From an uncultured Gemmatimonadales bacterium (GTDB lineage Bacteria > Gemmatimonadota > Gemmatimonadetes > Gemmatimonadales > GWC2-71-9), in contig CAVZZO010000003.1 in NCBI GenBank assembly GCA_963779755.1, forward strand, positions 1 to 64,000: DNA of 64,000 bases, read 5' to 3'. Of this stretch, positions 28,294-37,282 are shown one piece after another. Position numbers and translations under genes: made by a program. Position 1 is the stretch's first letter. Each line of letters opens with the position of its first letter. The notes under the pieces were generated by a model that ran no database searches, was not told where the DNA came from, and saw nothing but the letters and a program-made list of their open reading frames with translations.

Positions 28294-30000
28294 ATGGCAC
28301 TCGGTCTCTTGGACCAGACCTACGGCGAGGACGGATTCCGCACTTGTGCCGTGACGAAATTGCGGATCCACCGTTCGGCGGAGGTCCCGGTCAAGATCTT
28401 CGGCCTCACGGCGGTGGTCGCGCTCATCCTGGGCGGAATCGCCGCCCTGCTCGTCGCCCTTACCCGCTGGGAGGCGGTGGGCCTGCTGCAGCCCGCGGCG
28501 TTCTACAAGTATCTGAGTCTGCACGCCTGGAATCTGCTGATCTTCTGGATGGTCTTCATGGAGGTGGCGATCCTCTACGTCGGCGGGCCCATGGTGCTGG
28601 GACGCCGGCTGCCGGCTCCACGGGTGGTGCGCACGGGCTGGGGGATCATGGTCGCCTCGGCGCTCCTGATCGAGTACGCCATCTGGACTACCAGCTACCC
28701 CGACCAGCAGCCGCTGCTCACCTCCTACGCACCGCTCAAATCGTCGCCGCTGTTCTACCTGGGAGTGATCACCTTCATTCTGGGTACGGTGACTGCGGCC
28801 CTGCCGTTCTTTGCCTGCCTCTGGCAGGAGAAGCGGGAGCATCCCGAACGGACGCTTCCGCTGGTGACGTTCGGATCGTTCGTGACCGGAATCATCGCCG
28901 TGGAGGCCCTGCTCGGCGGACTGATCACCTATGTGCCGACCTTCCTCTGGCGAATCGGGGTCCTGGGGAGCATCGACGCCGCATGGTACCGGCAGATGTA
29001 CTGGATCATCGGCCACGGGACCCAGCAGATCAATCTGGCGGCCATGGTCACGGTGTGGTATTTCCTGACCCACATCACCGCCGGCGCAGAGGTGGTGAGC
29101 GAAAAAGTGTCGCGCCTCGCCTTCATCTTGTACCTGTTCTTCATCAACATGGGGGCGGCGCATCACCTGATGTCCGACCCGGCGCTCTCCGCCAGCTGGC
29201 GGATCTGGAACACGTCCTACGCGGTGTACGGGGCCGTCTTCGCCAGCCTGATTCACGCCTTCGCCGTTCCCGCGGGGCTGGAAACCGGGCGGCGCAAGCG
29301 GGGGCTGGGCCGCGACGGATGGTTCGGATGGCTCCGGACCGCGCCCTGGCATGACCCCGGATTCTCGGCGACGATGCTGAGCATCATTCTGTTCGGGTTC
29401 CTCTGCGGTATCACCGGGGTGCTCATGGGCCAGATGCAGTTGAATACCATGCGGCACAACACCCTGGCCGTGCCCGGCCACTTCCATGCCTGCGTCGCGC
29501 TGGGAACCACCCTCACCTTCATGGGATTGCTCTACTACCTCATCCGGCTGCTGTTCCGGAAGGAGTGGGTTCTGGACCGGCTGGCCCGGGCGCAACCGTA
29601 TCTGTACGGCGGCGCCATGACCCTCGCGGTCATGGCGATGATGGAGGCGGGCATCGTCTACGGCGTGCCCCGGCGGGATCCTATCGTGACCTCGATCCCC
29701 GGGACCACGTTCAGCTTCGCCGCGTCGCGCCCGGTGCTGGCCCTGATCGGGATCGGAGGCGCCCTGGCCGTGCTGGCGGGCGCCGCCTTCGTGCTGGTGG
29801 CGGTCGGCTCGCTGCTCTTCGGGCGCGAAGCCCGCATGCGGACCCCGGTCCCGCTCGAGCTGACCGGCGATGCGGTCGCCATCCACCGTTTCTCCATGCG
29901 GGGCACCCTGACGACCGGGATCTTCTTCCTGCTGGTGATGGGATTGTTATACGGGCTCGACTGGCTGTGGCTGTCCCGGCTGTGGGCGTTCGGGTCCTGA
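28294..30000 (+). CDS. Heme-copper superfamily subunit I, B-family-derived; probable eNOR-type nitric oxide reductase
   Basis: Six His ligands (SLHAW, GHGTQQ, AHH, GHFH) and PRR; Gln, not Tyr, four residues after the helix VI His. Confidence 0.8.
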   Translation: MALGLLDQTYGEDGFRTCAVTKLRIHRSAEVPVKIFGLTAVVALILGGIAALLVALTRWEAVGLLQPAAFYKYLSLHAWNLLIFWMVFMEVAILYVGGPMVLGRRLPAPRVVRTGWGIMVASALLIEYAIWTTSYPDQQPLLTSYAPLKSSPLFYLGVITFILGTVTAALPFFACLWQEKREHPERTLPLVTFGSFVTGIIAVEALLGGLITYVPTFLWRIGVLGSIDAAWYRQMYWIIGHGTQQINLAAMVTVWYFLTHITAGAEVVSEKVSRLAFILYLFFINMGAAHHLMSDPALSASWRIWNTSYAVYGAVFASLIHAFAVPAGLETGRRKRGLGRDGWFGWLRTAPWHDPGFSATMLSIILFGFLCGITGVLMGQMQLNTMRHNTLAVPGHFHACVALGTTLTFMGLLYYLIRLLFRKEWVLDRLARAQPYLYGGAMTLAVMAMMEAGIVYGVPRRDPIVTSIPGTTFSFAASRPVLALIGIGGALAVLAGAAFVLVAVGSLLFGREARMRTPVPLELTGDAVAIHRFSMRGTLTTGIFFLLVMGLLYGLDWLWLSRLWAFGS

Positions 30001-30074
30001 TTCCCGCTCGGGCCGCTGTCGGGGGGGGGGCGCCAGGCTGGCCCCATGGAGATGGTCAATCAAGGAGTAAGCCA

Positions 30075-30242
30075 ATGCCACCAGAGGGACGGGCCGACAC
30101 CAATACCGCGGACCAGGGCCGTGCGCAGCTGGAAGTGGAGGATAACGGGCGCTGGTTTACCGTCGCGGCCACGGTGCTCGCCGCCGTCTTCCTCGCGGCA
30201 ATCGCTGCGGTGGTCCATTCGCTCATCGCCACGTTCCGCTAG
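30075..30242 (+). CDS. Small single-TM protein (55 aa)
   Basis: AAGGAG RBS; MPPEGRAD...WFTVAATVLAAVFLAAIAAVVHSLIATFR*. Confidence 0.6.
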   Translation: MPPEGRADTNTADQGRAQLEVEDNGRWFTVAATVLAAVFLAAIAAVVHSLIATFR

Positions 30243-30396
30243 CCGGGGACCGGCCGGGCCTCCGTCTTCGCCCACCAGGCCCGCCGACCTAGCCGGTTGA
30301 GGATCCCGGCCACGGCCGGCAACGCGGAACCTGTCACTCCCGGAATCGCCCTGCGCTGAGACCCCATTGTCGGCGGGCTGAGACTTTATCGCGCCT

Positions 30397-30678
30397 TCAT
30401 CCTTTCCTCGCGCCGGGCGGCCCCGCGAGCGCGGAGGGGAGGACGAAGCTCACGCTGATCCGGGAGCCGCGAGGTGCGTCCACCGTGAACTCGCCGCTTC
30501 GGGTGGGATCGCCGGGCGGGACGGCCACAGGCACGCCGGCGATCACCAGGCCGAAAGCCAGGTCCCGAACGCCTGCCACCTGGACCTGGGCCCGCGCGCT
30601 GGCGGGTCGGAGCAGGACCAGCAGAATGAGCAGGAAAACCGGCGGCGTGGGCCGCCGGCGTCGGGCGGGTGAGGACAC
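30397..30678 (-). pseudogene. Truncated paralog of the 26918-27394 secreted protein
   Basis: RAQVQVAGVRDLAFGLVIAGVP...SRISVSF.LP..L.GPPGA nearly identical, then stops (RKG*); C-terminal half missing. Confidence 0.75.
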
Positions 30679-30857
30679 GCCCGGAAGATGCCCCGGTTCG
30701 CGCGGGTGGTCAAACATTGGCCGCCGTCTTCCGCCGGACCTTCATCTCACCTTCACATCCTCCTGTTGTACGCGTCGCCATACTGGGCCATTCGCATCGG
30801 GGGCCGGGGCGCAGGTCCACAGATCCCTCTCCCTCGGCGAGACATCCGGAGGGCATC

Positions 30858-31643
30858 ATGCGCACACCCGGGCTGGTTCTCGCGGCGGTTCTGCTGCCGG
30901 CCGCGCTGCATGCCGATGGCAGGACCTTCACATTCAACAACTACTGCTCGACCGGAAGCCTGGTGAGCTGCGCCAGCGTGAGCGTGACGATTATCCCGCG
31001 AGCAGGCGGCGGCACCTATGTCATGCTGGGCATCCAGAATCTTCAGGGAACCAACCCGTTCGACAACAACCCCGGGAGTCTGATTACCGGCATCGGGATC
31101 AGCTTCCCGTCCTATCAGGGTGGCGATTGGTACGGAACCGACGATGAGGACGGAATGAATTACTACGGGACTCCCGGACGGAACGTTAATACGCTGTTCG
31201 GGACGGATCCCGCAGGCGACCACGGCGCGGTCTTTGACGGGTACTGGTGGCCGAGCGGGGTGATGTGGAACGTGTATGGCGCGGAGGGCGGGACCGGGAT
31301 TGTCGGTTGTGATCCGCCGCCGTCCGACACCTACGATGTGGTCTTCCAGACCTGTCCCCGGCTGGGCGCGCCCGGCGCGATGGTATTCAGCTTTGAACCG
31401 CCCGTCGAGAATTGGCCCTATGGGCCGGAAATACCTCCACCAACAGCCTACAACTGGGCCGGCGAGGATTTCGCGGTCGGGTGGGGCGGCTGTGGCATCA
31501 CCGCCAATGGGAAGACTGGAGCCGTCATCAGCTCGAACTGTGTCCAGATGACGGCAACGCCGGAACCGGTTACTCTGATCCTGACGGGCACCGGCCTGGC
31601 CGCGCTGGGGATCGTCCGGAGGCGTCGGCGACTCCGCACCTGA
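30858..31643 (+). CDS. PEP-CTERM sorting domain protein
   Basis: GGAGG RBS; signal peptide; C-terminus TPEPVTLILTGTGLAALGIVRRRRR. Confidence 0.92.
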   Translation: MRTPGLVLAAVLLPAALHADGRTFTFNNYCSTGSLVSCASVSVTIIPRAGGGTYVMLGIQNLQGTNPFDNNPGSLITGIGISFPSYQGGDWYGTDDEDGMNYYGTPGRNVNTLFGTDPAGDHGAVFDGYWWPSGVMWNVYGAEGGTGIVGCDPPPSDTYDVVFQTCPRLGAPGAMVFSFEPPVENWPYGPEIPPPTAYNWAGEDFAVGWGGCGITANGKTGAVISSNCVQMTATPEPVTLILTGTGLAALGIVRRRRRLRT

Positions 31644-31737
31644 GTCGCCAGCCATATATCGCCGCCGGCCGGAACGCTCCGCTCAGGGTTCCGGCCATTT
31701 GCGTCAGGGTATGCAGGCAGCCACTTTCAGACGGCCG

Positions 31738-31746
31738 TGCTACTTT
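31738..31746 (+). promoter_or_regulatory. Putative extended -10 of the original tRNA-Arg promoter
   Basis: TGcTACTTT, 16 nt before the tRNA 5' fragment. Confidence 0.4.
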
Positions 31747-31758
31747 TCAGCCCAGCAG

Positions 31759-31802
31759 TCCCGCGCCCGTAGCTCAGTTGGATAGAGCATCGGCCTTCTA
31801 AG
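31759..31802 (+). repeat. Left att site: 44-bp direct repeat = 4 nt leader + 5' half of tRNA-Arg(TCT)
   Basis: TCCCGCGCCCGTAGCTCAGTTGGATAGAGCATCGGCCTTCTAAG, identical to 41603-41646; no T-arm follows. Confidence 0.95.
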
Positions 31803-31839
31803 GGGACTGGCCAGCGCGGGTCAGCGCCGACGGGCGCAG

Positions 31840-31917
31840 AATCAAGGACTTAGGGCCCCGGACGCTGGCTCGCGCCAGTCCGCCGGGGCCCGTTTGACAC
31901 CACGGCTGGCACCACGG
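31840..31917. promoter_or_regulatory. att arm: IHF consensus and tandem putative integrase arm sites
   Basis: AATCAAGGACTTA (31840-31852) fits WATCAANNNNTTR; TGACACCACGG 31895-31905 and TGGCACCACGG 31907-31917; TGACACCACG recurs at 41569-41578. Confidence 0.65.
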
Positions 31918-31951
31918 GAGCGGCGCGAGTTTCCTGGGCGACTTCAGCCGT

Positions 31952-32170
31952 TCACTCGCCCTGGCTCAGGATCCATTGCCGGACGGGCTCCGCGAGCCGA
32001 CAGAGGTCGGCCCAATCGCCTTCCTTGACCCGCCGACGCATCAGCATAATGTCGCCCCGGCCCATGCCCTCCATGACCACGTGGGCGGGCGGGCTCCAGG
32101 TCAGCCGCTCGAGGGCGCACTGGACCGCCTCATCGTCGGGCCACAGCTGCCCGGCCAGCTCCTGAAACAT
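31952..32170 (-). CDS. Small hypothetical protein, last gene of the element's leftward operon
   Basis: MFQELAGQLWPDD...WILSQGE; follows the tape-measure-like gene; start uncertain. Confidence 0.45.
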   Translation of the reverse strand: MFQELAGQLWPDDEAVQCALERLTWSPPAHVVMEGMGRGDIMLMRRRVKEGDWADLCRLAEPVRQWILSQGE

Positions 32171-32192
32171 GGCGATGAGATCGGCATCCGGC

Positions 32193-33671
32193 TTATCGGT
32201 CGACGACAAGTGTGTACTCCCGTGTGCTGTCCAGCTCGCGCAGCATCCGCACGAACTCGTCGCGCTGGCGAGGGTCGCTGGTGTTGATGATGCCGCCCCC
32301 GTGAATATGAACCACCGCCGTTCCTTGCCGCGACCCGCCCACGGCGGCCGACTGCTGGTTGCTGAGGCCCGTCCCCGTCCCGGCATTCCACCCGCTGGGC
32401 TCCCGGAAGGCACCGGCGCTGGCGGTCCCGCGCCCGGCACCGCCCAACTGCTGCGCGATCCCGCCCAGGGCCGCCCCCAGCGCTACCAGGAGGGCGCCGG
32501 CGGCGATGGCCGTGACGGGGTTGAGCGGGTTCGCCAGCGCCAATTTCAGGGCAATCCCGTAACTGATCAGCGTCTCGCCCATCTGGGTCATGATGCTGCC
32601 GAGGCTGGCGAAGATCGTGGCCCCGAACGCCTTGAACACCCCGACCACCCCCTCGCCGGAGAAGGCCGCCGAGATGGTGTTGTAAACGACATCAGAGAGC
32701 GCCTGGGCTAGCCCGGCGTTGAAGGTCTCCCGCATCGACTGCTCCAGCGCCTGGGAGGCCGCCAGGGAGATCCCGAAGACCTGCTGGTAGAGCTGTTCCG
32801 TCGCCTTCGTCAGTTGGTCGGTGGTCGGGAGCAGGGAGCCGAGGAGTGGGCCAATGTCCGCAGGGACCCCGGGCCGCTGCGGCATGTGGACCTGGGTGAT
32901 CCCCAGATACAGGGCATCGCCGGCGCTTTGAGAAAGCGCCTGGATGCGCTTCATGAGCGCTGGACTGATTTCCCCGCCGATATTGGGGTCGCCGAAGACG
33001 GCCGTTTCCAGTTTGGTCTGACCGGCCTTTGCCTGCTTGGTGGCGGCCGGGGGCGGGAACCGGGTCAACATCTGGCCGGTCAACTCGTTGAGCGCGCGCT
33101 CATAACGCGCGGCCCGCGCACGGAGATCGGCCAACTCCTGGTCGGAGAACGGCTGGAACTTTGTGACCGTTCCCTGCTGGGCCGTCGTGATGGTGACGGT
33201 GCGCCCGCCAGCGGCCAGCTGGGCCTTCACCGCCTTGGCCTGCTTGGCTATGTCATCGAAATTCTGCGCGATGTCGATCCCGAGTCGCGCATCGGCTGCC
33301 TTGTTCAGGGACTCGACCAGTTTGTCCGTTTCCTCCCGCGCCTTGATGATCTCCGGCTGGAAATGTTTCCAGACGGCGGTCAGGACGGCGACACCGGCCG
33401 CGACCCCAAGCACCAGAGTCGAGCCGCCGGCGAACAGGAGCAGCCCTTCGGCCAGTTTCGACTGGGCCCCCGTCAGGCCAATCGCTTCACGGGCCAGCCC
33501 TTCAAACCCGAACTTGAGTTTGGTGGCGCCTTCCAGGCTGAACCGGCCGAAGGCCGCGTCGGTCTCCCCCGCCACGACCGCCGTTTTCCGCATACTCGCC
33601 TGCACCTGGTCCGCGACACGCGAGGCCAGGTCCTGGGCGGTATAGGTGACGCTGACATCGTTCTGCGGCAT
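32193..33671 (-). CDS. Tape-measure-like protein (492 aa)
   Basis: AAGGAG RBS; N-terminal TAQDLAS; Ala/Gly-rich amphipathic helices; two hydrophobic regions; NPVTAIAAGALLVALGAAL; Gly/Ser linker; terminal beta-strand domain. Confidence 0.6.
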   Translation of the reverse strand: MPQNDVSVTYTAQDLASRVADQVQASMRKTAVVAGETDAAFGRFSLEGATKLKFGFEGLAREAIGLTGAQSKLAEGLLLFAGGSTLVLGVAAGVAVLTAVWKHFQPEIIKAREETDKLVESLNKAADARLGIDIAQNFDDIAKQAKAVKAQLAAGGRTVTITTAQQGTVTKFQPFSDQELADLRARAARYERALNELTGQMLTRFPPPAATKQAKAGQTKLETAVFGDPNIGGEISPALMKRIQALSQSAGDALYLGITQVHMPQRPGVPADIGPLLGSLLPTTDQLTKATEQLYQQVFGISLAASQALEQSMRETFNAGLAQALSDVVYNTISAAFSGEGVVGVFKAFGATIFASLGSIMTQMGETLISYGIALKLALANPLNPVTAIAAGALLVALGAALGGIAQQLGGAGRGTASAGAFREPSGWNAGTGTGLSNQQSAAVGGSRQGTAVVHIHGGGIINTSDPRQRDEFVRMLRELDSTREYTLVVDR

Positions 33672-33796
33672 GCGTGGGCTCCTTCAGCCCGGGCCCGCGG
33701 GGGGAGGGTGGCCCGTCGCGTCCGTCCCTTCGCGATGTGGCCCTGGCGGTGAGGAGAAATCCTGAGGAGCTGGACCGGACGGCACCGCCTGAGATT

Positions 33797-35591
33797 CTAC
33801 GTCAGGGCATCCGCCGTGTAGGCGAAGGCCTTGGGCAGCCGGATGCCCACGTCGACCATCGCATGCACGATGATGCGGATCATCTCTGGTCGGCGTGGGT
33901 GTACGGATCGACCGTGAGATCGATGGCGCTGCCGAACTCTCCGATCAGGATCTGGCTCAGTTCCCGAAGAAGATTTCGTGACAGATCGTGGTCGAGGTGC
34001 TCTTGGTGAGGTTGGACCTGGCCTGGTTGCTGACGACGGCCGCATAGCCGTTCATGCGGTTGTCGTTCTCCCAGATGAACAGGCTGCCGCTGGCGGTGCT
34101 GCGCAAAGTTTGCTTCATGGCGGAGCGGATGCCCGGGGTGGTCAGGAAGGCCATAGTCCCGATATCGCCGTTGGCGGCGGCGATCTGGATCTCATAGTTC
34201 ACGATGTTTGCCCAGCTCGGCACCGCGCCGTCGGCCCCCATCGTCACGGCGATGACCCGGTCTGACTGGCCACGCCCTTGGGCTGGTTCGCGCGCCGGTG
34301 CCAGAGAGGGCGGCCAGGTCGATCCCTTCGGCCGCCACGGACATCAAGTCGTTGATGATCAACTGATCGATGGATGGGTAGAACTGAATGAACGTCTGCT
34401 TGGAATAGCGCGCTGCACTCATGGCGGTTTTGGGGCTGAGCGTGACGTTGTCGAACGTGGCCGCTATCAGTGAGATGGGATGGACGGATTTTCGCCGACC
34501 CAGCTGAACGTGTTGGTAGTGATCTGCCGGGGATACTGAGGTTGTTGCGGAGGCCGGTGAGCACGGTGGCGCCGAGCTGGCGCTCACCATCGGTTGCGCA
34601 GGATCTCGATCAGTCGGCCAGCACGTTCGTCTGCACGCCCGCGCCGCCCAGCGAGCTGGTGCCGGCCACGTTGCCGATCACGGCGGCCCGGACCGAGGTT
34701 GAGCGGCATGTAGAAGCGATCGGCGCCGACTCGGCCCTGCTGGCTAAGGATGGTTTCGCGCACTCGCGCTCGAAGCCGGCGTGGCGCCAGTGCCCGTCGC
34801 CGGGCCATGAGCGCCCGGCTGATGGAGTAGTGCCGTTGCTTGCGGGGGGAGAAATCGACGTGGCCGCCGGCCGCAGTTGAGTGGCTCCGATCGCGTCCGC
34901 TCCATGCCCGGCGCACCTCGGCTCGATCTCCTCGACGCTGGATGCCGCTGAGCCAGGCAGGGAGATCGGCCTCCCGCTGCGAGACCGAGGCGATGAATGC
35001 CAGCCTCGGCAGCGTTCGCGTAGGGATTCTCGCCCACAAATCCACGCCCTTCACTGGACCCGCTCATGATGGCCTCGTTTCGTGTGAGACTGCGCCCGAC
35101 ACCGACGCTATCATCGGCCGGGATTGGAACGCTGGAGACCTCCAACGGCGTCCATGCGTAAACGGAGTGGGAATGCCGTCCGGGCCCTCGACGGTGGTAT
35201 AAGTCGCCGGTGGATAGCCCACCGAGACTTTCTTGCGTATGCCGTCCCGCATGTCCGTCGCGACCCAACTCGAATCGGGGTGAGTCGCCCAGCGCAGGAT
35301 GCCTCGGAACTTGCGATCCATTTCGAGGGTGATGTTCTCGATGAAACCGAACTGCGTCGCGAGTTGTGATTCAACAGGAAGGGGAAGCCGTCGCTGGCGC
35401 GGCTCAAATTGATGTCGGCGGGATTGTGAGAGAGAACTTCTGGTAGATACGGCCGGTGGCCCAGTCCGGCGCTCGACCGGCGTCTCGCTCGAGAAGGCAA
35501 TGTCAAGCGAATTGTCGCGGCGGCCTCGCGCGTCGGTTACGAGCTCGACCGCACGGAGCGGATCGCCGGCGCCCGCGTGCTTTGCGGCCAC
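33797..35591 (-). pseudogene. HK97-type prohead protease + major capsid protein (probably one fused ORF), frameshifted in this assembly
   Basis: Stitched frames: IAFSSETPVER, EVLSH, PFLLNHN, KVSVGY, WTPLEVSSVPIPADDSVGVGRS; then YSISRAL, LIEILRN, TFDNVTLSPKT, GIDLAALSGTG, NQPKG, GYAAVVSNQ, IFFGN, VDPYT, DVGIRLPKAF. Confidence 0.85.
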
Positions 35592-35689
35592 TCGCCCTCC
35601 TCAGGTAGTTTCCACCGTTTGCCTGAAATACCGCGCCGCGGCGAATTGGTGCAACGGTTTTATTGAGGCTTTTTTCAGCCGGAATCCCC

Positions 35690-36036
35690 GGATTCGGGCG
35701 GTGTTTCTCCGGTATTTGGCTCTGGGAGCCGCGCAACGCTTGACCCGTCAGGTTCTGGCGCAATTCGGCCTGGTCGAACGCCTGGACCAGGGAGGCGGCC
35801 ACGGCCGCCCGGGCCGGCTCGCCCTGGTGCGCCGCGGCGCGGCTTCGCCTGCAGCTCACGCCGGAGGTGTAGGCGGCCGCCAGCGAGCGCGAGCGCGCGC
35901 TGGGCGAACGCGAACATCTCGGGATACTCCTGCAGGAAACTGGCGTGTTGCTCCAGGCTTGGGTCAATACACCGCCGGGGGGCACTGCGGGCGAGCCGTT
36001 GTCGTTGAACTCCAGGTCGCGCGATGCGTACTCATG
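35690..36036 (-). pseudogene. Fragmented hypothetical gene between endonuclease and protease
   Basis: GGAGG RBS and ATG near 36035; plausible peptide segments alternate between frames; limits approximate. Confidence 0.35.
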
Positions 36037-36039
36037 GCT

Positions 36040-36367
36040 CCCCTCCAAGGCGCGTTGAATGAGCCGGATGGTCGGAAGGTGCAGAGGTCGCTCGGGATGA
36101 CCCGGAGCAGCCGCCAGCCATAGCAGGCCAGGGTGTTGTACTTCTCGAGGTCGTTCAGAAACCCGGTGATGCTCACGTGACGGCCCCGCCGGCGGCCCCC
36201 GTCCCGCTGGCGTGAGGCGAACACGCCGCCCTCCACCTCCAGGGCGAGCCGGTGCGCCGGCCAGGCGTAATCCAGCCGCCAGCGCCGCGACGAGTGAAGC
36301 GGTACTCGCGCTGGGGCGCGGGTAGGCCCTGAGTCACGCAGAGGGGGCCGAACAGCGGGTCCGTCAT
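36040..36367 (-). pseudogene. Phage Vsr/DUF559-like (PD-D/ExK) endonuclease with a frameshift near 36295
   Basis: EYRF|..RRWRLDYAWPAHRLALEVEGG...GRH...GFLNDLEKYN...GWRLLRV; adding one C (TTC[C]AC) joins the frames; 3' end approximate. Confidence 0.75.
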
Positions 36368-36377
36368 GGCTCCTCCC

Positions 36378-36572
36378 TCACGGTTCCCACCGGGGAGGCG
36401 GGTTGGCCGGGCGGCCCGTCCGGCAACAGTTGGGGCAGCGCCGGGTGTTCCGGTTACGCGGGGTGAACTCCTGCGAGCAGGCCTGGCACAGGCGGGGGCG
36501 ACGGCCCATCCGCAGGCTGGCGGCCCTGGCCCGGTCCCGCGCAGCCGCGCTCACGCCTCCGGCCAGGGTCAA
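36378..36572 (-). CDS. Small zinc-finger protein
   Basis: CQAC-x13-CPNC; basic. Confidence 0.5.
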   Translation of the reverse strand: MTLAGGVSAAARDRARAASLRMGRRPRLCQACSQEFTPRNRNTRRCPNCCRTGRPANPPPRWEP

Positions 36573-36802
36573 CTCCCATATCGCTGGCTCGGTGGGCCTG
36601 TCCCACTGTGCGAGCTGAGCGCCATGAGCAAGCCGGCTTCCAGCGCTTCCGCCAACATTCCGACATACTCTCCGAGGCCGCGGTAGAGGACCATGGGTTC
36701 CGGATGACCCGGCTTGACGGCGACCAGGTCGCCCGGCAGGGCATGTAGAGCAGGGATGGCATGGAGCACGCGGAAGACCGTCGTCCCACTCTCGTTTGTC
36801 AT
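36569..36802 (-). CDS. Hypothetical protein, first gene of the putative late operon
   Basis: GGGAGG RBS, ATG at 36802; preceded by an AT-richer intergenic gap. Confidence 0.55.
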   Translation of the reverse strand: MTNESGTTVFRVLHAIPALHALPGDLVAVKPGHPEPMVLYRGLGEYVGMLAEALEAGLLMALSSHSGTGPPSQRYGS

Positions 36803-36976
36803 TGCCAGCCTCCCGATTTGCAGGGCAAAGTGTCCACTATTTGGAACAGGAAGTCGCATGCTGAAAACTCAGCGCTAGTGAATGATCGGGCGCTTCAGCG
36901 ACCCCCGGCCACCCCCCGTCAGGAGGACCCGAACACCTATATGACAACGTGTTAGCGAATTGCGATGCGAACCTGC

Positions 36977-37282
36977 TCATCGGGACCGCCAGGCGCTGAG
37001 GTCGGCCGCCCCACCGCGAGCCGCCTCCTGAAAGGCTTTGAGGCCAGCCGGCGGGACGCGCCACTCCCGGTTGTGCAACCGATAGGCGCCCGGGAAGCGG
37101 CTCTCGGCGCACCAGGAGCGGATGGTGCTGGCTTTCCGGCCGAGCCGGGCGGCTATCTCGGGGCAGGTGAGGTCGCCCTGGACCTGTGCGGGCTGGGCGA
37201 CGTCGTTCTCCAGCCAGCTGCGGGGAACGCTCACCAGGTCGGACGTGGTGGAGTCCAGGTAGGCGCGGAGGTGCGGGTTCAT
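36977..37282 (-). CDS. Helix-turn-helix DNA-binding protein (HTH_17/MerR-like)
   Basis: LTCPEIAARLGRKASTIRSWC...FPGAYR...WRVP; ATGA-coupled to the helicase gene. Confidence 0.75.
   Translation of the reverse strand: MNPHLRAYLDSTTSDLVSVPRSWLENDVAQPAQVQGDLTCPEIAARLGRKASTIRSWCAESRFPGAYRLHNREWRVPPAGLKAFQEAARGGAADLSAWRSR

Noticed and set aside
28294..30000. Ordinary ba3 or cbb3 oxygen reductase
   Set aside because: Helix VI Tyr is absent, and subunit II has CuA, not heme c
31763..31802. Second tRNA-Arg gene
   Set aside because: Only the 5' half through the anticodon loop; no T-arm or 3' acceptor strand, so it is an att remnant
33957..33959. TGA in the capsid gene as a selenocysteine codon
   Set aside because: Downstream homology continues in another frame; restoring one G gives NWSQILIG, so it is a frameshift
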